A stretch of DNA of 59,075 nt, counting the filler. It is 6 parts of 6 records of this genome, joined end to end, with 100 filler letters (N's around TTAATTAATTAA, not from the genome) between each part and the next. Parts side by side here need not be neighbours in the genome. Positions count along the whole stretch, not along the records: positions 1 to 14,405 come from SRR31156797_17228; 5 more parts are not named here. One strand, written 5' to 3'. Below are positions 1 to 9,005 of this stretch, in pieces. How positions within the stretch are numbered: position 1 is the stretch's first letter; every line of letters starts with the position of its first letter. The notes beneath the pieces were generated by a model. That model was not told the origin of the DNA and ran no database searches. It worked only from the letters and a program-made list of their open reading frames with translations. Position numbers and translations under genes: made by a program.

Positions 1-767
1 ATTCGGGTCAGCGGGGTTCTCAGGTCGTGGGAAACACCTGCCAGCATCTCCGTCCGTTGCCCGATTTGACGTAAAATGCGTTCGCGCATGGCAAGAAAGG
101 CCGAGGCGGCCTGACGCACTTCTTTTGCACCTTCCGGCTTGAAACGCGACACCTCCCGCCCCTTGCCGAGATTGTCGGCGGCAATGGCCAGGCGCCTGAT
201 CGGTTTTACCTGGTTTCGCATGAATATCGTCGCCACACCGAAAAGAATGAGCGATGTGCCGACCATCCACAGAACGAAGACATAAATGGTCGAACTGAAA
301 AGCCGTTTGCGCGGCGTGATGATTTCGAGCACGCCTTCGCTGAGTTGAACCCTGACAACGACGTATTTTTCGAGGGTTACGGTGTCGATTTGGAAGGGCT
401 TGCTAATTCTTTCTCGCAAGGCGCCGGTCAGCATCGTTTCCATCTGGCCATCGCCGTGTGCGGGTTCGTTGGGCAATATCTCATCATTCCGGAGGCGAGC
501 GGAAAGACCCATGTTTCCGGCGGCGACTCCAAATATCCATTCACTGTTTTCGGGGCCCGGAAACTGGCGCATCAACGAAATAATCGCAGCGATATCGCCG
601 GCAACGCCGCGCGCCAGGCTTTGGCTCACCTTATCCCAGTGGCTTTCGTAGAAAATCGTGCCGGACACGATTTGAAGAAGAACAAGCGGCGTCACGATGA
701 TCATCAACGATCGGCCGAACAAGCTGCGCGGCAGTATTTTCTTTACGTTGTTTTGGATGCCTCCCAT
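1..767 (-). CDS. EnvZ-like sensor histidine kinase, 3'-truncated by window edge (missing from the ORF track)
   Basis: Manual translation from ATG at 767: MGGIQNNVKKILPRSLFGRSLMIIVTPLVLLQIVSG (TM), later second TM/HAMP region and H-box EMLAGVSHDLRTPLTR at the window start; lies 6 nt downstream of the OmpR-like gene. Confidence 0.9.
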   Translation of the reverse strand, partial: MGGIQNNVKKILPRSLFGRSLMIIVTPLVLLQIVSGTIFYESHWDKVSQSLARGVAGDIAAIISLMRQFPGPENSEWIFGVAAGNMGLSARLRNDEILPNEPAHGDGQMETMLTGALRERISKPFQIDTVTLEKYVVVRVQLSEGVLEIITPRKRLFSSTIYVFVLWMVGTSLILFGVATIFMRNQVKPIRRLAIAADNLGKGREVSRFKPEGAKEVRQAASAFLAMRERILRQIGQRTEMLAGVSHDLRTPLTR

Positions 768-773
768 GGTTTC

Positions 774-1457
774 CTAATCCGGGCGCAGGACGTAGCCACG
801 GCCCCGAACCGTCTGCAGGTATCGGGGAAGCCTTGGATCCGGTTCGATTTTCCGCCTCAGGCGCGTCACCTGTACGTCGACGGCACGGCCGCCGCCGGTG
901 GCCCCGGTCCTGTCGATTAGTTCGTCTCGGCTGAAAATGACGCCGGGTCTTTCCGAAAGAACGCACAACAGCGCGGCCTCGACCGAAGTCAGGCGAATCG
1001 GCCGGCCTTTGCGGTTCAACCGTTCGCGGCCGGGATCGAAGACGACATCGCCCATTCGGATCTCGGCCGGTTTCGTCGGGCGCGTCGGAACCCGTCTCAG
1101 AATACTGCGGATCCGCAGCAGAAGCTCGCGTGGCTCAAAGGGTTTCGTCAGGTAGTCATCGGCACCGCGTTCGAGCCCGGCAATCCGGTCGTCGGGTTCG
1201 CTCATGGCGGTCAACATCAGGATCGGCACCGTGTTGCGACTGCGAACGTCGGCGGCGAAATCGAGGCCGCTTTCGCCCGGCATCATCAAATCGAGGACAA
1301 TCAAATCGAATGTCAGGCCGGCCATGCGCGTTCGGGCATCGGCGGCATCGGCGGCGGCCGAAACCATGAAACCGTTCTCGGTCAGAAACTTGCGCAACAA
1401 TTCCCGCAGGCGGTCGTCATCATCCACCACCAGTATATGGGGAAGATCGGATTGCAT
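774..1457 (-). CDS. OmpR-family response regulator (PetR/OmpR-like)
   Basis: Receiver motifs ILVVDDD, LDLMMPGESG, DDYLTKPF; winged-helix C-terminus RAVDVQVTRLRRKIE...LQTVRGRGY. Confidence 0.95.
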   Translation of the reverse strand: MQSDLPHILVVDDDDRLRELLRKFLTENGFMVSAAADAADARTRMAGLTFDLIVLDLMMPGESGLDFAADVRSRNTVPILMLTAMSEPDDRIAGLERGADDYLTKPFEPRELLLRIRSILRRVPTRPTKPAEIRMGDVVFDPGRERLNRKGRPIRLTSVEAALLCVLSERPGVIFSRDELIDRTGATGGGRAVDVQVTRLRRKIEPDPRLPRYLQTVRGRGYVLRPD

Positions 1458-1622
1458 CCGTTTCTCCGCTTCGTTTAACGACGCCGTCGGCGGCTAAGAC
1501 TAGCACATCCAATGGTCGGCCGGTCAAAGGATGCGATGACACGTTCTGCGCATTTCGGGCATTTTCCTGTTGCCCGGGTCATCTGCTATGATTCGGCAAA
1601 CGATGTCCGACAGGAGTTGTGC

Positions 1623-2630
1623 ATGGGGCTCGCGCGGACAATGCGTGCAATGGTTTTGGATGGTGCCGGTACGCCCCTTCGCCTGCGGCATCTGCGACGG
1701 CCGGAAGCGGGGTCGGGGCAAGTGCTGGTTAGGGTGTCGGCCTGCGGCGTGTGCCGAACCGATCTGCATGTTGTCGACGGCGATCTGACCAAGCCCAAAT
1801 TGCCGATCATACCGGGGCACGAAATCATTGGCAGGATTGCCGAAACCGGCCATGGGGTCGAAGGCTTCGAGGCCGGGCAACGGGTCGGTGTTCCCTGGCT
1901 CGGCTTCACCTGCGGTGCATGCGGGTATTGCCGCGAAGGCCGGGAAAACCTGTGCCGCAAGGCGCAGTTCACGGGTTATCAGCTTGATGGCGGATACGCC
2001 GACTACGTCGTTGCCGACCATCGCTACTGTTTCCCGATATCCGGACACTATTCGGATGCCGAGGCGGCGCCGCTCATGTGCGCCGGATTGATCGGGTATC
2101 GTTCGCTTCGAATGGCCGGCGATCCGGCCCGCGTCGGTCTCTACGGTTTTGGTGCCGCCGCCCATATCGTTGCCCAGGTGGCCTGCTTCGAAGGACGGCA
2201 GGTTTTCGCTTCCACTAGGCCCGGCGACGATACGGCCATGGATTTCGCCCGTCGCCTGGGCGCCGTTTGGGCCGGGCCGTCCGATCGTCTGCCCCCCGAG
2301 CCGCTGGACGCGGCAATCCTATTCGCGCCCGTGGGCGACTTGGTGCCGGCGGCGCTTCGCGCCGTCCGCCCGGGCGGACGCGTTGTCTGTGCCGGCATCC
2401 ACATGACCCCGATCCCGAGCTTTCCATACGAAATCCTGTGGGAGGAGCGGGAAATCGTTTCCGTTGCCAATCTGACCCGTCGCGACGGAACCGAGTTCCT
2501 GGAACTGGCGCCGAAAGTCCCGGTCCGAACGACGGTGGAAACCTATCCGCTTGAGGACGCCAACCTGGCCCTCGACAATCTACGGTCCGGGCATATCCAC
2601 GGTGCCGCCGTTTTGATGGCGGAGGAATAG
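1623..2630 (+). CDS. Zinc-dependent alcohol dehydrogenase family protein
   Basis: CGVCRTDLH, GHE signature (IPGHEIIG), structural Zn CGACGYC...C, GLYGFGAAA. Start placed at ATG 1623, which follows AGGAG (1612-1616); ATG 1641 is an alternative. Confidence 0.93.
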   Translation: MGLARTMRAMVLDGAGTPLRLRHLRRPEAGSGQVLVRVSACGVCRTDLHVVDGDLTKPKLPIIPGHEIIGRIAETGHGVEGFEAGQRVGVPWLGFTCGACGYCREGRENLCRKAQFTGYQLDGGYADYVVADHRYCFPISGHYSDAEAAPLMCAGLIGYRSLRMAGDPARVGLYGFGAAAHIVAQVACFEGRQVFASTRPGDDTAMDFARRLGAVWAGPSDRLPPEPLDAAILFAPVGDLVPAALRAVRPGGRVVCAGIHMTPIPSFPYEILWEEREIVSVANLTRRDGTEFLELAPKVPVRTTVETYPLEDANLALDNLRSGHIHGAAVLMAEE

Positions 2631-2650
2631 GGGCGAAGCCGGTCTTCGGA

Positions 2651-3148
2651 TCATTCCGTGCCGAGATCCAATGGCGCGATCTGGTCCCTGTCCTCCTGGT
2701 TGATGATGCTGCGCAGAACGGTGCGGAACTCACGCGCCCGTTCCGTGCCCGCTTCCGCATAGGCTCGCGTAATCCGCCGGCTTTGCAACGCGGTCAGGGT
2801 CGATTCCAGTTCGCGTCCCTTGTCGGTGAGGAAAAGCAGGCGTTTGCGACCGTCTTCCCGGTCGGATTCCTGGGTCACGAACTCTTCGTGCAGGAGCTGC
2901 CGCAAGACCCGCGAAAGGCTTTGTTTGGTAATGCGAAGTATGGCCAGCAGATGGCTGACCGTCGCTCCGGGGTGGCGACCGACGAAATAGATGACGCGGT
3001 GATGGGCCCGGCCGAATCCGTACTCGGCCAATATCTCGTCCGGTTCCGCCGTGAAGTCACGATAGGCGAAAAACAAGAGCTCGATGGCCTGGCGCACTTC
3101 TGCGTCGGTCAATGGCGCCGATGCTTCTGGTTCGGAAACCGTATCCAT
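2651..3148 (-). CDS. MarR-family transcriptional regulator (PetP-like)
   Basis: IELLFFAYRDFT...GFGRAHHRVIYFV...LRITKQSLSRVLRQL...DGRKRLLFLTDKG; divergent from ilvE. Start uncertain (ATG 3148 chosen). Confidence 0.9.
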   Translation of the reverse strand: MDTVSEPEASAPLTDAEVRQAIELLFFAYRDFTAEPDEILAEYGFGRAHHRVIYFVGRHPGATVSHLLAILRITKQSLSRVLRQLLHEEFVTQESDREDGRKRLLFLTDKGRELESTLTALQSRRITRAYAEAGTERAREFRTVLRSIINQEDRDQIAPLDLGTE

Positions 3149-3161
3149 ATCCACCGTAAAA

Positions 3162-3188
3162 ATATATGTCAGTAATGTTGACGTATAT
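3162..3188. promoter_or_regulatory. Inverted repeat, candidate MarR operator between divergent marR and ilvE
   Basis: ATATATGTCA-gtaatgt-TGACGTATAT, 9/10 complementary arms, in the short divergent intergenic region. Confidence 0.6.
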
Positions 3189-3252
3189 CGCAAATCATGC
3201 TACCAACGCAACAACCTTTTTGTTTTATGGGCTCCAGACGAAAGAAAATTCC

Positions 3253-4149
3253 ATGGCGAAGACCGCTTTTGACGATCGAGACGGATTTATCTGGTACGAC
3301 GGTGAGATGGTTCCCTGGCGTGACAGCAAGGTTCATATCCTGACTCACGCGCTGCATTACGCCTCGGCGGTATTCGAGGGCGAGCGCGCCTATGCGGGAG
3401 AAATCTTCAAATTGGCCGAGCATACCGAGCGCTTGATTAACGGCGCCGGAATCCTGGGGTTCGAGATTCCCTATTCGGCGGCCGAGATCGATGAGGCTTG
3501 CCGCAAGACCTGCGAGGCGAACGACATCGTCGACGGTTATGTCCGCCCGGTCGCCTGGCGTGGCAGCGAAATGATGGGGGTGTCGGCCCAGGCCAACACC
3601 ATTCATCTCGGCGTTGCCGCCTGGCCGTGGCCGTCCTATTTTTCGCCGGAAGCCCGCAACAAGGGAATCCGCGTGACCATGTCCGACTGGCGGCGGCCGT
3701 CGCCCGATACGGCACCGGTCAAGACCAAGGCGGCCGGCCTTTACATGATCTGCACGCTTTCCAAACACGCCGCCGAGGCGAAGGGTTTCGACGATGCCCT
3801 GATGCTGGATTGGCGCGGACGTCTGGCCGAAGCGACCGGCGCCAACATTTTTATCGTGCTCGGCGACGGCAAATTGCACACACCGACCCCGGACTGTTTC
3901 CTTGACGGAATCACCCGGCGCACGGTCATCGACCTGGCCGGGAAGCGAGGGCTTGAGGTCGTCGAGCGCACGGTCATGCCCGAGGAACTTGCCGAAGCGA
4001 CCGAGATTTTCCTGACCGGAACGGCCGCCGAGGTGACACCGATCGGCGAGATCGACGGCAAGACCTATGCGGTCGGCGAGATCACCAAGGCATTGCGCGA
4101 GGATTACGAACGCCTCGTCGGCAAGGCGCCGGTCGAGGTAGCCGCCTGA
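3253..4149 (+). CDS. ilvE: Branched-chain amino acid aminotransferase
   Basis: LTHALHYASAVFEGERAY, YVRP, KAAGLY, EATGANIF, LDGITRRTV, EIFLTGTAAEVTPI (class IV aminotransferase). Confidence 0.95.
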   Translation: MAKTAFDDRDGFIWYDGEMVPWRDSKVHILTHALHYASAVFEGERAYAGEIFKLAEHTERLINGAGILGFEIPYSAAEIDEACRKTCEANDIVDGYVRPVAWRGSEMMGVSAQANTIHLGVAAWPWPSYFSPEARNKGIRVTMSDWRRPSPDTAPVKTKAAGLYMICTLSKHAAEAKGFDDALMLDWRGRLAEATGANIFIVLGDGKLHTPTPDCFLDGITRRTVIDLAGKRGLEVVERTVMPEELAEATEIFLTGTAAEVTPIGEIDGKTYAVGEITKALREDYERLVGKAPVEVAA

Positions 4150-4172
4150 TTTTCCGAAGAATAGTTGCCAAG

Positions 4173-4204
4173 AAAAAAGCCGGGCATCCTGCCCGGCTTT
4201 TTTT
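4173..4204. terminator. Bidirectional intrinsic terminator
   Basis: AAAAAA-GCCGGGCA-tcc-TGCCCGGC-TTTTTTT between convergent ilvE and LOG genes. Confidence 0.92.
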
Positions 4205-4221
4205 ATGCCAACGGCGAATGA

Positions 4222-5049
4222 CTACAGCCCCCAACCGGGGCGTTCCAGCGCGTGCTCCTGCAATTCGGTCGTGACGTATTCGAAAGCCTCGTCCACAGAA
4301 TCGGTTTTGAAAAACAGATTCAGATCCTCGGCGTCGATGACGCGATGACGGACCAGGGCCTGGAAGTCGATCACTTCGTCCCAGAAGGATTTGCCGAAAA
4401 GAACCATCGGAACGCGTTTTTCCAGCTTGCCGGTCTGGGCCAGGGTCAGGATCTCGAAGAATTCGTCCAGCGTCCCCATACCGCCGGGAAAGGCGATGAT
4501 GGCCTTGGCCAGATAGACGAACCAGAACTTGCGCATGAAGAAATAGTGGAATTCGAACAGAAGCTGACGCGTCACATAGGGGTTTTCGTGCTGTTCATGC
4601 GGCAGCGAAATATTCAGGCCCATGTTCAGGCCCTTCGCTTCCGACGCCCCTCTGTTCGCGGCTTCCATGATGCCGGGACCGCCGCCGGTGCAGATCAGGA
4701 AACGTCGGGTCGGGTCCTCCAATTCCTTCGACCAATGGGTCAGACGTTCGGCCAAATCGCGCGCCTCTTCGTAGTAGCGCGACATCTCCAACCATTGCTC
4801 GGCGGCCTTGACGTCTCCGTTGCCGGCCCGGGCTTCGGCCAAAGCCTTTTCGGCTTCGTCGCGCGGTTTTATTCGGGCCGAGCCGAAAAACACGATGGTA
4901 TCGCTGATATGGTGGTCGTGAAACCGTGCCTCGGGTTCCAGATATTCGGCCAGAAGGCGCAGGGTGCGGGCCTCGCGACTGCGCAGGAAATCCTCGTTGA
5001 AGTAGGCTTTTTTGAGAAGACTGTCCGAATCGGTCATGGTTTTGCCCAT
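4222..5049 (-). CDS. LOG family (TIGR00730-type Rossmann fold) nucleotide phosphoribohydrolase
   Basis: FFGSAR, TGGGPGIMEAANRGA, FHYFFMRKFWF, PGGMGTLDE (PGGxGTxxE). Start ATG 5049 or 5037. Confidence 0.9.
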   Translation of the reverse strand: MGKTMTDSDSLLKKAYFNEDFLRSREARTLRLLAEYLEPEARFHDHHISDTIVFFGSARIKPRDEAEKALAEARAGNGDVKAAEQWLEMSRYYEEARDLAERLTHWSKELEDPTRRFLICTGGGPGIMEAANRGASEAKGLNMGLNISLPHEQHENPYVTRQLLFEFHYFFMRKFWFVYLAKAIIAFPGGMGTLDEFFEILTLAQTGKLEKRVPMVLFGKSFWDEVIDFQALVRHRVIDAEDLNLFFKTDSVDEAFEYVTTELQEHALERPGWGL

Positions 5050-5080
5050 CGATCCAGTGGCGGCATGCGAATGCCCAAGC

Positions 5081-5749
5081 TTACCCGACCTTGGAGACCG
5101 GCGCACGCGGTGCCTGCAGAAATTGCTTGAGTTCGTTCATGTCCCCGACGGTCTTCGTCCCTTTTGGGAACGGATCGGGTGATTGGTTCAGGATGCGCCC
5201 GATGAAATCCAGGCCGGTTTCCCCCGCCGTCTCGAAATCGTAAATGGCGTCGCCGACAAACAGGCATCGCTCGGCCTTTAGGCCGTGGTCGGCCAGCAGT
5301 TCCCGGACAATCGGCGGTTTTCTCGGCGGCGAGCCGCAGACCTTCGTAAACAGCCCAGCCATATCGCGGCGTTCGACGATCCGAAGAATCTCGTCTTCCG
5401 GCGTTCCCGTGACGACGAATACCGGCAGTTTTCCGGTCAACTCCTGAAGCAGATCCTCGGCCCCCGGCACCCAGGGGCAGGCAACCACCGAATCCTCGAC
5501 CAGGTTGGTAAACCGGATGGCTAGGTCCGACAGGGCCTGTTCATCGAGATCGATGCCGAGAAATTCCCTGTGGGCGTATTGGATTTTCTCGACCCGCGAA
5601 ATCCCCTCTTTCCCTTCGACATAGTCCATCACGCGGGCAACCACGTCCGGGCCGTGCTCGGCATAGAGGGTTTCGAAGGCTTCCATTTTCAGTGCGTTCG
5701 ATTCGACGAGGACACCGTCGAAGTCGAAAAAGATGGCATCGTAGATAAT
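5081..5749 (-). CDS. HAD-superfamily hydrolase (phosphoglycolate phosphatase-like), probable non-canonical ATT start
   Basis: Motif I FDFDGVL lies upstream of the first ATG (5686) in the same frame; motif II VVTGT, K in PPRK, motif IV FVGDAIYD. Confidence 0.85.
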   Translation of the reverse strand: MIYDAIFFDFDGVLVESNALKMEAFETLYAEHGPDVVARVMDYVEGKEGISRVEKIQYAHREFLGIDLDEQALSDLAIRFTNLVEDSVVACPWVPGAEDLLQELTGKLPVFVVTGTPEDEILRIVERRDMAGLFTKVCGSPPRKPPIVRELLADHGLKAERCLFVGDAIYDFETAGETGLDFIGRILNQSPDPFPKGTKTVGDMNELKQFLQAPRAPVSKVG

Positions 5750-5764
5750 GACCCGGGCTCCGTT

Positions 5765-6220
5765 TTATTCAGGTTTGTTCCAGCGCTCGGCGGCGTCGGT
5801 ATCGGATTCCTTGGCTTCGACCCAATTCGCCCCTTCCCGCGTTTCCTCGCTTTTCCAGAACGGCGCTTTCGTTTTCAGCCAGTCGATCAGAAAGCGGCAG
5901 GATTCGAAGGCGGCGTCGCGGTGGGCCGAGGCGGTGGCGACCAGGACGATCCGATCTCCGGGCTCCAGTCGTCCATACCGGTGGATCACCAAGACGTCCT
6001 CGAGCGGCCAGCGGTCGCGGGCTTCGGCCTCAATCCGGGTCAGTTCTTTCTCGGTCATGCCGGGATAGTGTTCCAGCGTCATCGCCGACAGCGATGCGTC
6101 GTCGGAAAAGTCGCGCACCAGACCGATAAAGGCGCAGACGCCGCCGACACCGAGACCGTCACCGCCCAGGCGTTCAAGCTCGGCGCCGACGTCGAAATCC
6201 TCTTGCTGCACCCGTATCAT
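5765..6220 (-). CDS. moaE: Molybdopterin synthase catalytic subunit
   Basis: FIGLVRD, LEHYPGMTEK, VIHRYGRL, SAHRDAAFE, DWLKTKAPFWKSE. Confidence 0.96.
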   Translation of the reverse strand: MIRVQQEDFDVGAELERLGGDGLGVGGVCAFIGLVRDFSDDASLSAMTLEHYPGMTEKELTRIEAEARDRWPLEDVLVIHRYGRLEPGDRIVLVATASAHRDAAFESCRFLIDWLKTKAPFWKSEETREGANWVEAKESDTDAAERWNKPE

Positions 6221-6225
6221 CGATA

Positions 6226-6477
6226 TCAGCCACCCGTTACCGGCGGGAAAAAAGCGACTTCGTCGTCCGGGCCGACCGCGTGGTTGAGCGGAACGGCTTC
6301 CTGGTTGACGGCGGCCCGCACGCGATTGGGATCGGCAAACGCCTCTTCAAATCCGGAACCGCGGGTTTTCAACCAATCGATCATCGACATCACATCGGTG
6401 ACGCCATCGGGTGGCACGATGTCTTCCCGATCGACACCGGTTTTTTCGCGCAGCCATGCGAAATAAAGAACCCTCAC
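6226..6477 (-). CDS. moaD: Molybdopterin synthase sulfur carrier subunit
   Basis: GTG start overlapping the moeA stop (GTGA); VRVLYFAWLREKTG...DEVAFFPPVTGG with C-terminal Gly-Gly. The ORF track over-extends the 5' end to 6882. Confidence 0.95.
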   Translation of the reverse strand: MRVLYFAWLREKTGVDREDIVPPDGVTDVMSMIDWLKTRGSGFEEAFADPNRVRAAVNQEAVPLNHAVGPDDEVAFFPPVTGG

Positions 6478-7733
6478 TTGAATACCTCCGCGAAGGGAAG
6501 AAAATCGACCCAATCGCCTTCCTTCACATCTTCCTGATGTTCCAGCAACTCGATCAGGCCGTCGGCGACCGACATGGACATCAGAATTCCCGACCCGTCG
6601 GCGGCGAATTTCACGGCGCGCGGTTCGCCGGCGGCATCGCGCGTCAAATGGGCCCGCAGCCATTCCCGCCGGCCGGCCTTTTTCTTCATGGCGAAAGCCG
6701 AGCGGACCTTGTAGAGCCGCGGCTCCAGATCGGTTCGTCCGCCGAGGCGGAGCAGTGCGGGCCTGGCGATCCGCATGAATGTGATCATGGCCGCGACCGG
6801 ATTTCCCGGCAGTCCGACAAAGGTCGCCCGGCCGACCCGACCCAGCGCGATAGGGCGTCCCGGTTTGATCGCAATTCGCCAAAAATGCAGATTGCCCAAT
6901 TCTTCGACGGCGGCCTTCACATGATCTTCGTCGCCGACACTGACGCCGCCCGATGTGATCAGGACGTCATGATCGGCGGCGGCAGTCCGCAGGGCGTCCC
7001 GGATCGCCTCGAAACGATCGGGCAGGATGCCGATGTCCGTCACTTCGCATCCCAGGCACCGGACCAACGCCCCGACGGTGTATCGGTTGGAATCGAAAAT
7101 GCAGCCATCGGGGGCATCCTGGCCCGGATCGCGGATTTCGTCGCCGGTCGAAAACACCGCGACCCTTAAAGGCTTGTGCACGAGCAGCCGGCTTCGCCCC
7201 ACCGATGCCGCCAGCCCAAGATCCTGTGGCCGTAATCGAATGCCCGGTTCCAGGATGGCGTCGCCGGCGGCGATATCTTCGGCCCGAAGTCGCCGGTTGG
7301 CTCCCCGTTTGATCGATCCCGGGCCGAACAAAAGCTCGTCACCGTCGGTGCGGCAATCTTCCTGCATCAGAACGGTATCGGTCCCTTCCGGCATCGGTGC
7401 GCCGGTAAATATGCGCAACGCTTCGCCCGGCCCGGCGGCGCGGCCAAGCGGATGGCCGGCGGCAATGCGCCCGGTGATAGGAAGCCGGGTTTCTCCGTCG
7501 GCTACGATGTCGTCGAAATAGACCGCATATCCGTCGACGGCGGAATTGTCATGGGGCGGAACGTCGCGCTCGGCGGTCACGGTTTCGGCCAGGATGCGCT
7601 CAAGAGCATCCGGCAGTGGGACCTCTTCGACATCGGTTACGGGTTCCATCCGTTCCGTCAGGATTACAAGCGCCCGATCCAGGGGCATCAGATCCGCTCC
7701 CGGATCGAAACAGTCGTCGCGTACCGTCGTCAT
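6474..7733 (-). CDS. moeA: Molybdopterin molybdotransferase (gephyrin-like)
   Basis: PPHDNSAVDGYAV, RIFTGAPMPEG, STGDE, SGGVSVGDED, IKPGRP, GLPGNPV. Confidence 0.96.
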   Translation of the reverse strand: MTTVRDDCFDPGADLMPLDRALVILTERMEPVTDVEEVPLPDALERILAETVTAERDVPPHDNSAVDGYAVYFDDIVADGETRLPITGRIAAGHPLGRAAGPGEALRIFTGAPMPEGTDTVLMQEDCRTDGDELLFGPGSIKRGANRRLRAEDIAAGDAILEPGIRLRPQDLGLAASVGRSRLLVHKPLRVAVFSTGDEIRDPGQDAPDGCIFDSNRYTVGALVRCLGCEVTDIGILPDRFEAIRDALRTAAADHDVLITSGGVSVGDEDHVKAAVEELGNLHFWRIAIKPGRPIALGRVGRATFVGLPGNPVAAMITFMRIARPALLRLGGRTDLEPRLYKVRSAFAMKKKAGRREWLRAHLTRDAAGEPRAVKFAADGSGILMSMSVADGLIELLEHQEDVKEGDWVDFLPFAEVFK

Positions 7734-8248
7734 CGTTTTGCCCCACGGTTCAGTCCGCAGTGATCGGCTATGAAATTGGCGATCACATCAATATCCGACA
7801 ATGGCAGAACGGGAACTTTTACATCGGCGACCGGGCCGTCGCTGGCGACGGCGACGATTGTCGGGTCGTTCGCGGACAGAGGGGCCTTGCCGTTGATCGG
7901 CCGGTTTACTTCCAACTTCGGAAACGGGTGGCTCTTGAATCCTTCGACCAGGATCAGATCGACCGGGCCCATGCGCTCGACAAGCTGTTCCATATCGGGT
8001 TCCGGAGTGTCACGGAGTTCGTGAACCAAGGCCCAGCGCATGGGCGAGGTGATGACCACTTCCGTGGCGCCGGCTTCGCGATGCCGGAAAGAATCCTTGC
8101 CGGGCTTATCGATTTCAATGTCGTGGTGCGTGTGTTTGATGGTCGAAACGCTGATGCCGCGGCCGATCAGAACCGGAACCAGATCGGTCATCAATGTCGT
8201 CTTTCCGCTGCCGCTCCAACCCACCAGTCCGAATACTTTTTTCTTCAA
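7730..8248 (-). CDS. mobB: Molybdopterin-guanine dinucleotide biosynthesis protein B
   Basis: P-loop GWSGSGKTT, IKHTHH, DKPGKDSFRHREAGA, DLILVEGFK; TTG start. Confidence 0.95.
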   Translation of the reverse strand: MKKKVFGLVGWSGSGKTTLMTDLVPVLIGRGISVSTIKHTHHDIEIDKPGKDSFRHREAGATEVVITSPMRWALVHELRDTPEPDMEQLVERMGPVDLILVEGFKSHPFPKLEVNRPINGKAPLSANDPTIVAVASDGPVADVKVPVLPLSDIDVIANFIADHCGLNRGAKR

Positions 8249-8366
8249 GGCTTAAGCTTTCCGCTGTTCAGGGGTCGATCACAAGCATTTCACCGGGATC
8301 CCGATTTCGGCTGACGCGCCTGCCCCGGGCCGATGTCGAGAGCTGTCCGATGGACGCAAATTTCAC

Positions 8367-8948
8367 CTAATCGGCAGCCACGTTGTCGGAACCGTTGATG
8401 TGCTTCAGTCCGGTCCGCAAATAGTCATAGCCCGTGATCAGGGTCAAGACGGCGGCAATCCAAAGCCCGATAATGCCGATCTCCGTCGTTGAAAGCGGGC
8501 CGAACTGAGGCCCGGCCCGGCCAACGATCAAAAACCCCAGCGCGATCATCTGAAGGGTCGTCTTCCATTTCGCCAACTGACTGACCGGAACGCTGACCCG
8601 GACTTCGGCCAGGAATTCCCGCAGGCCGGAGACGAGGATCTCTCGGCACAGAATGACGATCGCCGGAAGCAACGCCAGGCCCTTGACCTCGCCGCTGGCA
8701 ACGATCATGAGAATGACGGCCGAAATCAGGATTTTATCGGCGATCGGGTCGAGAAAACGCCCCAGCGCCGACTGCTGTTCCAGCACCCGGGCGAGGTAGC
8801 CGTCGAAAAAATCCGTGATACAGGCATAGGTGTAGGCGGCGAGAGCCAGCCAATTGCCCAACGGCGGATCCATGAACATCAGGCCGACGATCAGGACCAT
8901 CGCAACGATGCGCGAAAGGGTCAGAAGATTCGGAAGATTGGTCGCCAT
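8367..8948 (-). CDS. pgsA: CDP-diacylglycerol--glycerol-3-phosphate 3-phosphatidyltransferase
   Basis: NLPNLLTLSRI, TDFFDGYLAR...GRFLDPIADK (CDP-alcohol phosphotransferase motif); follows uvrC as usual. Confidence 0.96.
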   Translation of the reverse strand: MATNLPNLLTLSRIVAMVLIVGLMFMDPPLGNWLALAAYTYACITDFFDGYLARVLEQQSALGRFLDPIADKILISAVILMIVASGEVKGLALLPAIVILCREILVSGLREFLAEVRVSVPVSQLAKWKTTLQMIALGFLIVGRAGPQFGPLSTTEIGIIGLWIAAVLTLITGYDYLRTGLKHINGSDNVAAD

Positions 8949-9005
8949 GGAACTTCCGTGTTGTGGTGTCGGCGGGTGGACGACGCATTATTCAAGCGCG
9001 CCATA

